62,799 bases of DNA from an uncultured Myxococcales bacterium. Lineage in GTDB: Bacteria > Myxococcota_A > UBA9042. Below the pieces are notes generated by a model that saw nothing but the letters and a program-made list of their open reading frames with translations, ran no database searches and was not told the DNA's origin. The stretch lies in assembly GCA_903850505.1 (NCBI GenBank), contig CAINLT010000295.1:1-62799 (forward strand), in the 5' to 3' direction. Made by a program: the position numbers and the translations under genes. Shown here piece by piece: positions 27,535 through 37,404 of the stretch (positions are counted from its first letter, which is position 1; every line of letters begins with the position of its first letter).

Positions 27535-28695
27535 TCAAAATGCCAAGTGGCAAGTCATCTGGCCGCTGTCATTGATGAAACTCAAGCCTTCCAGTTCCGT
27601 CCGGTGAATGTACGCGACCACGCAGCGCGCTTGCGGCGCCACAGTGTAGCCGACGCCGACGGTCATCCACTGCTTTTTCTGCCGGACGATCGAGTCCGCC
27701 AACAAGCTGCCGCCGTCGATCGCCGACGGATCGGTGTCGCCGTCCATCTGCTCCAGGCGTCCGGTCAAGCTCAGCTTGTCCGCCCACAGCCAGCCGGTCA
27801 GGTCGACGTGCCAACCCAAGCCCGCGTGCACCTGCTGCGAGCCATCCGGCAACGGCGCCAGCTTGAACTGCACCTGCATCAGCTCTGCCTCCAGCTCCAG
27901 GAAGCGGAACTTCGCGCGCGTGTCGGCACCGAGCCACATCCGCTGCTGGCCGTCGTCAAAGTACTTCTGCGTGTAGCCGCCGTTGCCGGCGATGCGCCAG
28001 ATGAAGCCGCTGTCGGCGCCAAAGAACTTGTCGACGTTGACTTCCGCGCGGCCGACCAGCATCAGCTGCTTGACGTCCTGCATCTGCTCGGACGCTTGTT
28101 TGGTCGAATCGAAGACGCCCAACGTCAGCTTGGCGTGCTGACCCGGATCCTGCGCCGCGAGCGTAAGGCCGAGCTGACGCAGCGGCGTGAACGTGTCAAA
28201 CGTCGGCGCATACGGCAGCAGCATGTCCTGCGTGGCCTTCAGGTTGGCCTGCGACATCGGCACTTTCTGATAGCCCAACCGCGCTTCCAGGAAGTTGTAG
28301 CGATTCCAGCCCACGTAGGCGTCCCGGACATAGTCCGCAGTCCGGTTGCCCGCCTTGTCGCGCGGCACGAGCTCCATTTGCAGGGCATAGAACAGCCCGG
28401 ACTCGTTGAACCGGCCGCGGAGGCCAAACTGGGCGTTTTCCAGAACGAAACCTTGGCGATAGCCATACTGCGACGGGTCAATCTCGCTGGAATCATGCGC
28501 GACGCCATTGACGGTGACCGGCCCATGACCCGACGCAATGATGCTGGAACGCACGAGGATGCTCGGCTCCATGCGCGCATCGACGAGGCGTGCCTTCGCC
28601 GGCGCGGTCAGCAGCGTGATCTCCTGCGGCAAATCCTCGGCGAACGCCAGGCCGGAGAGCAGGAGAAGGGACAGCGATAGGAGAAGATGCCGCAT
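27535..28695 (-). CDS. Outer-membrane porin, OprO/OprP-like
   Basis: Signal peptide; GFVLENAQFGLRG, VRDAYV, RLGYQKVPMS; C-terminal Phe. Confidence 0.65.
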   Translation of the reverse strand: MRHLLLSLSLLLLSGLAFAEDLPQEITLLTAPAKARLVDARMEPSILVRSSIIASGHGPVTVNGVAHDSSEIDPSQYGYRQGFVLENAQFGLRGRFNESGLFYALQMELVPRDKAGNRTADYVRDAYVGWNRYNFLEARLGYQKVPMSQANLKATQDMLLPYAPTFDTFTPLRQLGLTLAAQDPGQHAKLTLGVFDSTKQASEQMQDVKQLMLVGRAEVNVDKFFGADSGFIWRIAGNGGYTQKYFDDGQQRMWLGADTRAKFRFLELEAELMQVQFKLAPLPDGSQQVHAGLGWHVDLTGWLWADKLSLTGRLEQMDGDTDPSAIDGGSLLADSIVRQKKQWMTVGVGYTVAPQARCVVAYIHRTELEGLSFINDSGQMTCHLAF

Positions 28696-28698
28696 CGA

Positions 28699-29808
28699 TT
28701 AGTCTTCCTCTTCTTCAAAAGCCGCCATCGTCACAGCGCCCGACAGCGGGAGACCGCCCGGCGGATGATCAAACGGCGAGAACCGCTGCACCTTGGCGGC
28801 GGCGCGCAACTTGGCCAGCGCGATGGCGTCAAGCGGCACCCACTTCATGCGCTGCACGTAGGCGGCCAATTGCGGCTTCGCCTCGGCAAAAGTCGGCTGC
28901 CGCGACGCGCGTTGCGCCAACAACTTGAGCCGGTGCAGGCCAAACGCGGTGCGCACTTGCGGCGTGACCGCGCCGACTTTCAAGCCCTGCAGCGCCGCCC
29001 AGCGTTCCGGACCCAGCGCGCGCGCCGTCTGCCAGCTGCTGTCGACCTTTGGCCACTTGCCCGCGCTCACCTGCGCGTCCAGCCGGGCCTGCGCCTGCGC
29101 GATCTGCGCCGCCGTCGCGCCAACCGGCAGCGCCTCGGAAAACTCCGCGGTCTGCACCGCCGCCGGCACCGCGAGCATCGCGCGCTGGCTCTCATAGCGC
29201 TCGCGCAGCTCCGCGTCGGTGACCTTGAACGGCGTCTCCTTCTCCACCAGCACGTGCAGCTGCGCCTGCGTCCGCAGCGTGCGCATGTGCGTCTCTTCGG
29301 TCACGCCGCGCCGCTTCAGCGCCTTCAACCACTTCTCGCGCCCGCCCGTCGTCGCCAGTTCGCGCGCCAACTCGACCTGCACCGCCGCATCCGCCTTGCC
29401 GGCATCCGTCGCCACGGCTTTTTGCACGATGAGCGCATCGATCCGCGCTTCCAGCGCCGTCGCCGCCGCCCGCAGGCCGGTGACTTCGTCGACGTCATTG
29501 GCCAGCACGCCGCCTTCCACGCCTGCCTGCAGTTCGGCCACCAGATCTTTCTTGGCAACCGGCGTGCCGTCGACAACCGCCACCGGATCCGGCCAATCCG
29601 CCACGTGCGACCACATTGTCGGCTTGCGCTGGATGCTGGGCGCGCGACCGGAACGCGCCGCGGGCGTCGCCGTTTCTGGCAAAGACGCCGCGTCAGCGAC
29701 CGGGGCAACAACGGGCGCGCCGATCTCAACCGGCGGCGGCGTTTCAGCCTCGTGCCGGCAACCCATCAACAGCACCAGCAAACCGCAACTAATCGTCCGC
29801 ATCGACAT
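28699..29808 (-). CDS. SurA/PrsA-like foldase lipoprotein with degenerate parvulin domain
   Basis: LMGC lipobox; VAVVDGTPV, VTDAELRERY, LKVGAVTPQVRTAFGLHRLKL, FAEAKPQL. Confidence 0.75.
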   Translation of the reverse strand: MSMRTISCGLLVLLMGCRHEAETPPPVEIGAPVVAPVADAASLPETATPAARSGRAPSIQRKPTMWSHVADWPDPVAVVDGTPVAKKDLVAELQAGVEGGVLANDVDEVTGLRAAATALEARIDALIVQKAVATDAGKADAAVQVELARELATTGGREKWLKALKRRGVTEETHMRTLRTQAQLHVLVEKETPFKVTDAELRERYESQRAMLAVPAAVQTAEFSEALPVGATAAQIAQAQARLDAQVSAGKWPKVDSSWQTARALGPERWAALQGLKVGAVTPQVRTAFGLHRLKLLAQRASRQPTFAEAKPQLAAYVQRMKWVPLDAIALAKLRAAAKVQRFSPFDHPPGGLPLSGAVTMAAFEEEED

Positions 29809-32380
29809 TGTCCCCCGCTCGGCCCACCAGCCAATTCGGCCACGGCGCAGGGCTGCCCTTGTACATCAGCCAGAGCAGACGGCCCAGTCCGCGGTTCTGA
29901 TCCGGGCCATCAAACTTCATCGCGTCCCACGCCGCCTGGATGCCCTTGGACCACTTCTTGGCTTTTTCGTCCTTGTTCAGCGTGTCCGGGTACAGGCGAT
30001 CCAGCTTGGCGTACGGCCCATCGTTGGGCGTGTCGGTGAAACAGCCGTAGATCGGCGACGCCAGCGCGTCCAGTTCCGTCAACGGCGTCACGTCCAGCAT
30101 CCGCTCCAGCGTCGCGTGGATCGAGCCAGTCGCGTGGTGATCGTGCACGACGACCCCGCGCTTGGCCCACGGGCTGACAACCAGCAGCGGCGAGCGGTGA
30201 TACGCCACGGAATCGCCGCCGTCCTGCGGATCGTCCTCAAAGATGAACACGACGGTCTCGTGCCAAGCCGGATTCTTGGAGAGCGCGTCGATGACGATGC
30301 CGGTGCCCAGGTCATTGTCCGCGACCATGGAACGCGGCGAAACGTGATCCGGCGTGCCGCCGCAGCAGGTATGGTTGTTGGGCATGGAAATGAACGTGAA
30401 CGTCGGCAGCTCGTTGGTCTTGAGCCAGTCGGCGATGTAGTTGGCCTTCTCCACGTCGGCGACGCTGAGGTTGAAGACGACGCCGGGATAGCCGCCCTGG
30501 AGCACGGTGTCGAAGATGAACTCCTGGTTCATGCCGACGATCTCGCCAAAGCTCGCCGTGGAGTAGCCCCACGCCAGCATGTTGGAGAACAGGAAGCCCT
30601 GGCCCGGCGCGGAGACTTTGCCGACGTTCCAGGTCGGGTCGGCGCCCTTGTCCGACAGGCCGTAGAACTTCTCGATGTAGTCCGAAGGCTTGCCCGCCGT
30701 CGCGTAGCCATGGCCGGTGGCCGAGTAGTCGCCGTCCGTGTAGAAGTTGTCCAGCAGGCAGTATTCCTTGGCCAATTTGTGCAGATTCGGCGTGAATTCC
30801 TCGCCGAACAGCGTGTATTTCGGCTCCGCTGTGACGTCCTTGATCGCCGCGCCGATGTCGCCCAGTTCGGCGTCAAACGTCTTGTTTTCGCGCATCAGGT
30901 AGACGATGTGCTTGATGTGCGGCGACGCGCCCTTGTCGGGCATCACGACCTTGGACTCGGGCGTTTGCGGCAGGCGGCCCTGGCCCGTCACGCCGATCAT
31001 GTTGTCGAGCACGTCTTTTTGGCCTTGCAGCAGCGCGGCGTCATCGGGCGTCGGGATCACGCTGAGCGTGCCCAGGTAGGACTTTTCGACCGACGTCGTG
31101 CCGTCCCACGGCGGAATGCCCGTGCCTTTGGCGTTGGCGACAAACAGCGTTTTGCCATCGGGCGCGACGGCGATGCCGGACGGGTACCAGCCAACCGGAA
31201 TCGCGCCGATCACCTTGCCCGCGGCGGTATCCACGACGCTGACTTCATTGGACATCGCACACACGATGTAGAGGCGCTTGCCGTCGGGCGCCATCGCCAT
31301 GAAGCCCGGATCGCGACCACGCGGCGCCATCAGCGGCTGATCCAGCGGCGCCATGCCCACCGGAATGCGCTTGATGACCTGCAGCGTCGCCGCATCGATC
31401 TGCGCGATCTCATCGGCTTCCACGATCGACGCCCACAGCGTCTTGCCGTCCGGCGACGCGATGATGCCCTGGGCATTGAAGCCAAGCGCCACCGTGTCGG
31501 CGTCGGTCGGCGACGCTGGATTGGCCAGATCGACGCGCTGCACCTTGCCGTCGCGCCACGTCACCAGGTAGGCAAACTTGCCGTCGGGCGGGACCACCAT
31601 GTCGTACGGCGTCGTCGCGGTCTGGACCGCCATCAGCTTGGCGCCCGTTTCCGCGTCGTAGGCAGAGAAGAGCTGCGTGCCTTCCTTGCCCAGCGTCGCG
31701 TAACTCGTCACACCGTAAAGCGTCTTGCCGTCGGGCGACAGCGCGATCGCGTAGAAACCGGAATTCGGCGAATACACCTTGTCCTGCGTCAGCGTGCCGT
31801 CCGCCGCGATCTTCATGCGCCAGGACTGCGCCTGCGGACCGCCGGAAGCGTACAGGTACTGACCGTCAGGCGACACGATGAGGAAGCGGTAGAGGTCCGA
31901 GCGCGGCACCGTCTGGATCAGCTTCTTCTGGGCGATGTCGACGACCTGCAGGCTCGGCCCGTCCTCGCGGTCATTGGAGATGTAGGCGAACTTGCCGTTC
32001 GGGTGGACCGTCAGGCCCATCGCATAGCTCTTCAGGTCGATCTGCGCGCCGGCGGGCGTCAGCAAGCGGCCGTTGGGCAGGACCCACACGCCGGGCTGGA
32101 ACTGCCCGACCGTGAAGTTCGCGGGGATCTGGAAGCGGGATTTCGGCAGCGCATCCGCACCGATCGGGGAAGGTGGCGCTTTGTTGAAGCCGAGCGCGCC
32201 GTCCTGATCAAAGACCTCCGGCCCCGCCGCGACGTCAACCGCCGCGTCGGTTCCAGCAACTGTCACGTCAGCCGCGGTGTCAGACTGGGCATCGTCCGCC
32301 GTCGCCGTCGCCGCTTCTTTCTGGCAGGCCGTCGCGCTCATCGTCGCCAGCAGCGCCACAACCATTCGCAATTTCAACAT
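29789..32380 (-). CDS. YncE/YVTN beta-propeller + phosphoesterase (alkaline-phosphatase superfamily) lipoprotein
   Basis: ATAC lipobox; repeated SPDGKTLY blades and IPVGWYP; HIVYLMRENKTFD, TPNLHKLA..LDNFY, EDDPQDGGD, HRSPLLVVSPW. Confidence 0.88.
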   Translation of the reverse strand: MLKLRMVVALLATMSATACQKEAATATADDAQSDTAADVTVAGTDAAVDVAAGPEVFDQDGALGFNKAPPSPIGADALPKSRFQIPANFTVGQFQPGVWVLPNGRLLTPAGAQIDLKSYAMGLTVHPNGKFAYISNDREDGPSLQVVDIAQKKLIQTVPRSDLYRFLIVSPDGQYLYASGGPQAQSWRMKIAADGTLTQDKVYSPNSGFYAIALSPDGKTLYGVTSYATLGKEGTQLFSAYDAETGAKLMAVQTATTPYDMVVPPDGKFAYLVTWRDGKVQRVDLANPASPTDADTVALGFNAQGIIASPDGKTLWASIVEADEIAQIDAATLQVIKRIPVGMAPLDQPLMAPRGRDPGFMAMAPDGKRLYIVCAMSNEVSVVDTAAGKVIGAIPVGWYPSGIAVAPDGKTLFVANAKGTGIPPWDGTTSVEKSYLGTLSVIPTPDDAALLQGQKDVLDNMIGVTGQGRLPQTPESKVVMPDKGASPHIKHIVYLMRENKTFDAELGDIGAAIKDVTAEPKYTLFGEEFTPNLHKLAKEYCLLDNFYTDGDYSATGHGYATAGKPSDYIEKFYGLSDKGADPTWNVGKVSAPGQGFLFSNMLAWGYSTASFGEIVGMNQEFIFDTVLQGGYPGVVFNLSVADVEKANYIADWLKTNELPTFTFISMPNNHTCCGGTPDHVSPRSMVADNDLGTGIVIDALSKNPAWHETVVFIFEDDPQDGGDSVAYHRSPLLVVSPWAKRGVVVHDHHATGSIHATLERMLDVTPLTELDALASPIYGCFTDTPNDGPYAKLDRLYPDTLNKDEKAKKWSKGIQAAWDAMKFDGPDQNRGLGRLLWLMYKGSPAPWPNWLVGRAGDNVDADD

Positions 32381-32548
32381 GTCTTTCCCCACCTGGCGCC
32401 CCCACGGCCCTTTGCGGTGCGTACGGTACGGCGGTCCGCGCCGCGTGGCAATCTCATCGCACGCTTGTTGCCGTTTCGCCTCGCGACTGAGCGGATTGGC
32501 AATTGACCGATGGCAGCCGGCACGCCTAGGCTGTTGCCCGGAGGTTGG

Positions 32549-33289
32549 ATGCGGCGGCTGTTGGTGATTGCGCTGATGGGGTTGGCGGGCGAAGCGCTCG
32601 CTGAGACGCCGTACGTCTACCAGCAAGGCGGACTGGAAGCAGGGCAGCGCACGGCCGTCGAATCGCAGACGACGTTGGGCACCCGCGAGCTGCGGCCCCT
32701 CGGCGGTCGCGGGGTTGAGCAGGGCGTGCGCGTCCGCCATCAGGTCCTCGACGGCACGACGATCGAAGTCTTCGGCGGCGCGGTCTGGCAGCCCGAAGCG
32801 ACGGATCTCCGCGCGGGCGCCATCGGCGCGGAGGTCATTCAGCGCGTGCTGGACCAGAAACAGGTCGGCGTCACGCTGCAGATCGCCGCGGGCGGCTACC
32901 GGGACGTGACGGGCGTGTTCGTGCCGCGCGTGCGCGCGTTGCTGGGTCGCAGTTGGGGGCGCCTGCATGCGCAGGTGTCGGGCAACTTCGAGGCGCCGAT
33001 CGCCCACAAGCGCGACGCGCTGGACGTGATCCTCGGTGCGGCGGCTTCCTGGCAAGCGACGGCGCGAACGTCCATCGGCCTGGAAGCCGTGGGCGAGGAT
33101 CTGGAGGCGATTTGGGATAGCCGCGAGTCCGAAGGTGGCGCGCGCCTGCTGGCCGGACCGAGCGTCCACACGCAATTCGGCGCGCTGTACGTGCACGGCA
33201 ACATCGGCGCGACGACGTATTGGCCCGTCGCCGGCGCTGCACCGCTGACCGGCGCGCTGGGCCGCGTCAACGTCGGCTGGCGCTTCTGA
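32549..33289 (+). CDS. Hypothetical outer-membrane beta-barrel protein
   Basis: Signal peptide, amphipathic strands, C-terminal VNVGWRF; GGAGG RBS. Confidence 0.65.
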   Translation: MRRLLVIALMGLAGEALAETPYVYQQGGLEAGQRTAVESQTTLGTRELRPLGGRGVEQGVRVRHQVLDGTTIEVFGGAVWQPEATDLRAGAIGAEVIQRVLDQKQVGVTLQIAAGGYRDVTGVFVPRVRALLGRSWGRLHAQVSGNFEAPIAHKRDALDVILGAAASWQATARTSIGLEAVGEDLEAIWDSRESEGGARLLAGPSVHTQFGALYVHGNIGATTYWPVAGAAPLTGALGRVNVGWRF

Positions 33290-34177
33290 TCACCTGCGAA
33301 TGAACGAGAACCGGCCTTCACGCAGCAGAAAACGACTCTGCGCCACCGCCTGACCGGTCTGCGCCAGCCACGTCGCGTGCTCGGGGTGGCCCACATCCTC
33401 CGGCAAAATGATCGCAGGCCCCTCGGCCGTCGCCATCTCGAAATGCGGCTCCACGCAGGGACCCACGCCGTCCTGCGCCAGCGCCGCGATGACGCCGGCC
33501 GCCGCGCGACCCAGTTCCGCCATTCGCAACAGCGTGTGCTGCGTCGGCGGCGGCAGGAGGATGGCGCCACCGGCGTCGTGTTCCGTCAGCGCGGCCTGCG
33601 CGGTGCGCCAGAACGCGTCGCTCGACTCGTGCGGATCCAGCGCGGCATCCTGGCCCTCCGGCTGCAGCGCGGCAAAGAACCAGGTGTCAAAACGCCGCGG
33701 CTCAGCGCGCGGCGTCAGCCAGTGGGCAAACGGCGCCAGCAGATCCAGCGCCAGCGTCAGGCCGGCGTCCTGCACCGCCTCGTGCCACTTGTGGGCCGGC
33801 AGTTGGTGGCCCTGCCGCGCGCCCTGCAACGCCGCGTCGATCGCCGCTACGACAGCCGCGTCGACGACCCTGCCTTGCGCATCGCGCGCCAGCAGGACGT
33901 GCGCCTCTTCGTGCAGTTCGCGCACCGCCGCAACGTGAATGCGCCACGCGTGCGCCGCGTCCGCGACCGCCAAGCGCTGGGCGCACTGTTCCGGCGTCAG
34001 GCCCGCCGTGCGCGCCGCCACATCCGCGTCGTCCAACTTGCCGCCGGGAAAAACGGTGGCGCCGGCCATAAAGCCGCTTTGGCCATGGCGCCGCACCAGA
34101 AAAGTCTCCGGACCCATGGGTGCATCGCGCAGCAGGACAACCGTCGCAGCGCTGCGGATCGGCAACGGCGCGCTCAT
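33290..34177 (-). CDS. NUDIX hydrolase
   Basis: AATVVLLRD, FPGGKLD, AAVRELHEEA, HWLTP..RRFDTWFF. Confidence 0.9.
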   Translation of the reverse strand: MSAPLPIRSAATVVLLRDAPMGPETFLVRRHGQSGFMAGATVFPGGKLDDADVAARTAGLTPEQCAQRLAVADAAHAWRIHVAAVRELHEEAHVLLARDAQGRVVDAAVVAAIDAALQGARQGHQLPAHKWHEAVQDAGLTLALDLLAPFAHWLTPRAEPRRFDTWFFAALQPEGQDAALDPHESSDAFWRTAQAALTEHDAGGAILLPPPTQHTLLRMAELGRAAAGVIAALAQDGVGPCVEPHFEMATAEGPAIILPEDVGHPEHATWLAQTGQAVAQSRFLLREGRFSFIRR

Positions 34178-35472
34178 TTGCACTTCGGGAAGCCCTTGGT
34201 GTCGAGGACGCGTGCGACGTAGTCCGGCAGCACTTCTGAGAACAGCGCGTCCCAGGAGATGGGCTGGAAATCCGCGCCGGCGAAAGGCGCAGGTGGCAGG
34301 CCATTGCCGTAGCTGCCGGAGAGCCAGCAGGACTGGCCGCCCGCTTCAAGCGCCGCGCAATCGTCGTCGTTGACCGTGCCGCAGCCGGCGCTGCCGTTGG
34401 CCCCGGGCATGTCGTTGAGCATGAAGAAGTTGGACTGGGACGAGGCCATCGCCTTCATGGCCAGCCGGCTGGACCAATGGCTCGGCAGGCGGTGATCGTA
34501 CTTGAACTGCAGGCGCTGGTAGCGCGCGGTCACTTTCTGCAGCTTGGCGTACGGCTCGCGGTCGACCCACCACTGGTTTTCGTCGCAGCCCTTGCCGGTT
34601 TCCGTGATCGGCCAGGCACCGGGCGCGCACACGATGCTCGCGGGCTTGCCGTTCTGCGCGGGCGGATACATCGCGGAGTGCGGCGCGGTCGTGAAGTGAC
34701 ACGCGCTGTCCGTGCTGCCCGCGCCATCGCCCGGACCGATGTTCTTCTTGTCGTCTTCCGGTGCCTGACTCATCCCGCAGCGGTCAACCGGACCTTCCAC
34801 GTCCAGCACGAACATCGCCGGCGCCAGATCCGCCGGAAACGTGTAGAACGCCGACGCCACCGGGACGATGCCCGTGCCGATCGTCAGGAAGCCGACCTTG
34901 GTCTTGTCCACGCCGCTGGCGATCGACTGGGTCTTGAAGAGCTGCTGAATCGTCGTCACGTGCCACAGCGCGCCAAAATCGTTGGTGCCGCTGGAGTGCT
35001 GCGCGCCGTCGCCCGTGCCCGGCAGGTTGAACAGCAGCACGTTGACGTGGGCGATCGCCGCCAGCTTCTTGGCCGGATCGGTGTAGAGCGGGAACGGCGC
35101 CGGATCGTAGTCGCCGACCACCATGACGAGCGGACACGGGGCTGCCGCGGTGCAATCCAGCGGGTGCACCATCAATGCCTTGACGGCCGACTGGTACTGC
35201 TGGCCCTGGTCATTGATCTGGATAATCGGCGACAGGTCCTTGGCTTCAACTTTGCTGGTATCCACCGCGATCGCGTCGTGGCCCGCAACGTCGCCCGCCA
35301 CAGCGTCGTCCGTGCCGGTGTCATCGCTGCCGGTGGCACCATCGCCCGTGACCGTCGCGCCGTCACTGGTTGTGGCCTTGCTGCCGCAGCCCGTGGCACC
35401 GCCCACAGCCAGCGCGACTACCAGAAGTTGAACCGTCAAGTTTCGTTGAGTCAGGAACTTCGCACAGCGCAT
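34174..35472 (-). CDS. Hypothetical lipoprotein, alpha/beta-hydrolase-like fold
   Basis: ATGC lipobox, GGAGGT RBS; FNLPGTG and VDKTKVGFL resemble the hydrolase core. Confidence 0.6.
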   Translation of the reverse strand: MRCAKFLTQRNLTVQLLVVALAVGGATGCGSKATTSDGATVTGDGATGSDDTGTDDAVAGDVAGHDAIAVDTSKVEAKDLSPIIQINDQGQQYQSAVKALMVHPLDCTAAAPCPLVMVVGDYDPAPFPLYTDPAKKLAAIAHVNVLLFNLPGTGDGAQHSSGTNDFGALWHVTTIQQLFKTQSIASGVDKTKVGFLTIGTGIVPVASAFYTFPADLAPAMFVLDVEGPVDRCGMSQAPEDDKKNIGPGDGAGSTDSACHFTTAPHSAMYPPAQNGKPASIVCAPGAWPITETGKGCDENQWWVDREPYAKLQKVTARYQRLQFKYDHRLPSHWSSRLAMKAMASSQSNFFMLNDMPGANGSAGCGTVNDDDCAALEAGGQSCWLSGSYGNGLPPAPFAGADFQPISWDALFSEVLPDYVARVLDTKGFPKCK

Positions 35473-35715
35473 CAGACACCTCCGCTGCGCATTGTACCGG
35501 TAGCCGCAGCGGCCACAACTGCCAAGGGCCGTGATCACGATTTTTGGCGATTTTGCAATTGGATCGGCATGTTGCGCAGATGTCGCAACGCGGGCGCAGA
35601 TTTCGATCGCCAATCCGATCGCACCCGATCCGCACGCGGTGCCGCCGGGGACTCAAGATCCCGGTCCAAGTGAGGCATTTCAAGGGCGAAAACCGCTGCC
35701 GATCGCGGCCGAGCG

Positions 35716-35783
35716 TTGACACAAACGCGCCCCGGCAACTACTCTCGGTGGGAGGAAATGGGATGAAGCGGATCATGGCGGGT
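35716..35783 (+). promoter_or_regulatory. Putative dcw promoter with MraZ-binding repeats
   Basis: TTGACA (35716) N18 TACTCT (35740), then TGGGA at 35749 and 35759 and degenerate CGGAT/CGGGT at 35769/35779 (10-bp period), upstream of mraZ. Confidence 0.7.
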
Positions 35784-35905
35784 GCCATTGGTCCTGGAGC
35801 AAGGGTCCAACACGCTCCGTCCCGCGTCCAGAAACCTGCATCGTTCCGGCCCCTCGCCGGACCCTGCTTTGCCCCTGTTACCAACGCGCAACGAACTGAA
35901 ACACC

Positions 35906-36376
35906 ATGCGATTTCGCGGCGAGCACAACCAGCGCGTGGACGACAAGTGCCGATTGAGCATTCCGTCCGCCTTTCGCCAAGTGCTTGAGCAGAATGGCGA
36001 TTCGCGTTTGGTGCTGGCCAAGTCGACGTTGCACCGGTGCCTGCAGGCGTACACGGCGCGCGATTGGGAAGCGCGTGAAGACCACGTGATGAGCCTCCCG
36101 GCGTCCGATCCGGCAGTCCAGCGCCTGCTGCATTTCCAGTTCGCCAGCGCGCAGGCGGTCGAGCCGGACAGCCATGGCCGCATCGTGCTCGCGCCGGTGT
36201 TGCGCACCTGGGCGGGCATCGTCGCCAAGGATGAAGTCGTGCTGATTGGCCAAGTGCGGCGCTTTGAAGTGTGGGCGGGCGAGACGTGGGCGGCCACGCA
36301 GCGGGACATCGAGAACACGATGCTGGGCGACGCCCTGCTGAGCTGGAACGACGCGCTCCGGGAGCGCGGGCTGTGA
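35906..36376 (+). CDS. mraZ: Transcriptional regulator MraZ
   Basis: FRGEHNQRVDDKCRLSIPSAFR, DSHGRI, FEVW. Confidence 0.93.
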   Translation: MRFRGEHNQRVDDKCRLSIPSAFRQVLEQNGDSRLVLAKSTLHRCLQAYTARDWEAREDHVMSLPASDPAVQRLLHFQFASAQAVEPDSHGRIVLAPVLRTWAGIVAKDEVVLIGQVRRFEVWAGETWAATQRDIENTMLGDALLSWNDALRERGL

Positions 36377-37392
36377 GTGAACCGCGATTGCCAACTGAGC
36401 GTGGGCAATCTGGGGCTGTTTTGACAACTTCGTCCCCCAAAACGGTGGATTCGTCGCAGGCGCCGGACTTTCAGCACGTGACAGTGCTGCGGGACGCCGT
36501 GACCCAAGCGGTCGTGACGGCGGCTGCGGGGCGCGAGACGGCGCTGGTTGTCGATTGCACGCTGGGCGGCGGTGGCCACGCGGAGGCGATCCTGCAAGCC
36601 GTGCCGCACGCGCATGTGCTGGGTCTGGACCGCGATCTGTCGGCAATTGCAGCGGCGTCGGCGCGGCTCGCGGCTTTTGGCCCACGCTTTCGCGCCGTGC
36701 ACACGCCGTTTGGTCAACTGGCGACGGTGCTGCGCGACCTGCAGATCGCGGACGCCACGGCGATCGTCGCGGACCTCGGCGTTTCCTCGCACCAGTTTGA
36801 TACGGCCGAGCGCGGCTTCTCGCTGCGCCATGACGGCCCGCTGGACATGCGGATGGACACCTCAACGGGCCTGACGCTGGCTGAACGACTGGCGACGGTG
36901 ACCGTGGAAGACCTCGCCGACGTGCTGTACGAATACGGCGACATCCGCCGGTCGATCGGCACGGCGCGCATCGTGCTGCAGTCAGTGCAGGAAGGCGCGG
37001 ACACGACGGCGAAGTTGGCGCAACGCCTGTCAGCGCGCCTCGTGCGCGACCGCAACGTGCACCCGGCGACGCTGGTATTCCAGGCGCTGCGCATCTGGGT
37101 GAACAGCGAACTCGATGAACTGGAAGCCCTGCTGCGCGACGCGCCGGGGCTGCTGCAGGAAGGCGGCGCGCTCGCGGTCATCAGCTTCCACTCGGGCGAA
37201 GACCGCATGGTCAAGCAGATGATGCGAGCCGCGGCGCCCAAGAAATACGGCGCGTTCATGCGCGGCAAGCCGCAGGCGGCCGGGGACGAGGAAGTGCAGG
37301 ACAACCCACGGGCGCGCAGTGCGCGGCTGCGGGTGCTGTGGCGCAAGCGCGAAGACGCGCCGATGGACGTGGCCGATGAGGACGAAGATTGA
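36373..37392 (+). CDS. rsmH: 16S rRNA m4C1402 methyltransferase RsmH
   Basis: VDCTLGGGGH, DLGVSSHQ..RGFS..GPLDMRMD, FQALRIWVNSEL, ISFHSGEDR, NPRARSARLR. Confidence 0.96.
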   Translation: MSEPRLPTERGQSGAVLTTSSPKTVDSSQAPDFQHVTVLRDAVTQAVVTAAAGRETALVVDCTLGGGGHAEAILQAVPHAHVLGLDRDLSAIAAASARLAAFGPRFRAVHTPFGQLATVLRDLQIADATAIVADLGVSSHQFDTAERGFSLRHDGPLDMRMDTSTGLTLAERLATVTVEDLADVLYEYGDIRRSIGTARIVLQSVQEGADTTAKLAQRLSARLVRDRNVHPATLVFQALRIWVNSELDELEALLRDAPGLLQEGGALAVISFHSGEDRMVKQMMRAAAPKKYGAFMRGKPQAAGDEEVQDNPRARSARLRVLWRKREDAPMDVADEDED

Positions 37393-37404
37393 TGAGGAGC
37401 GAAG

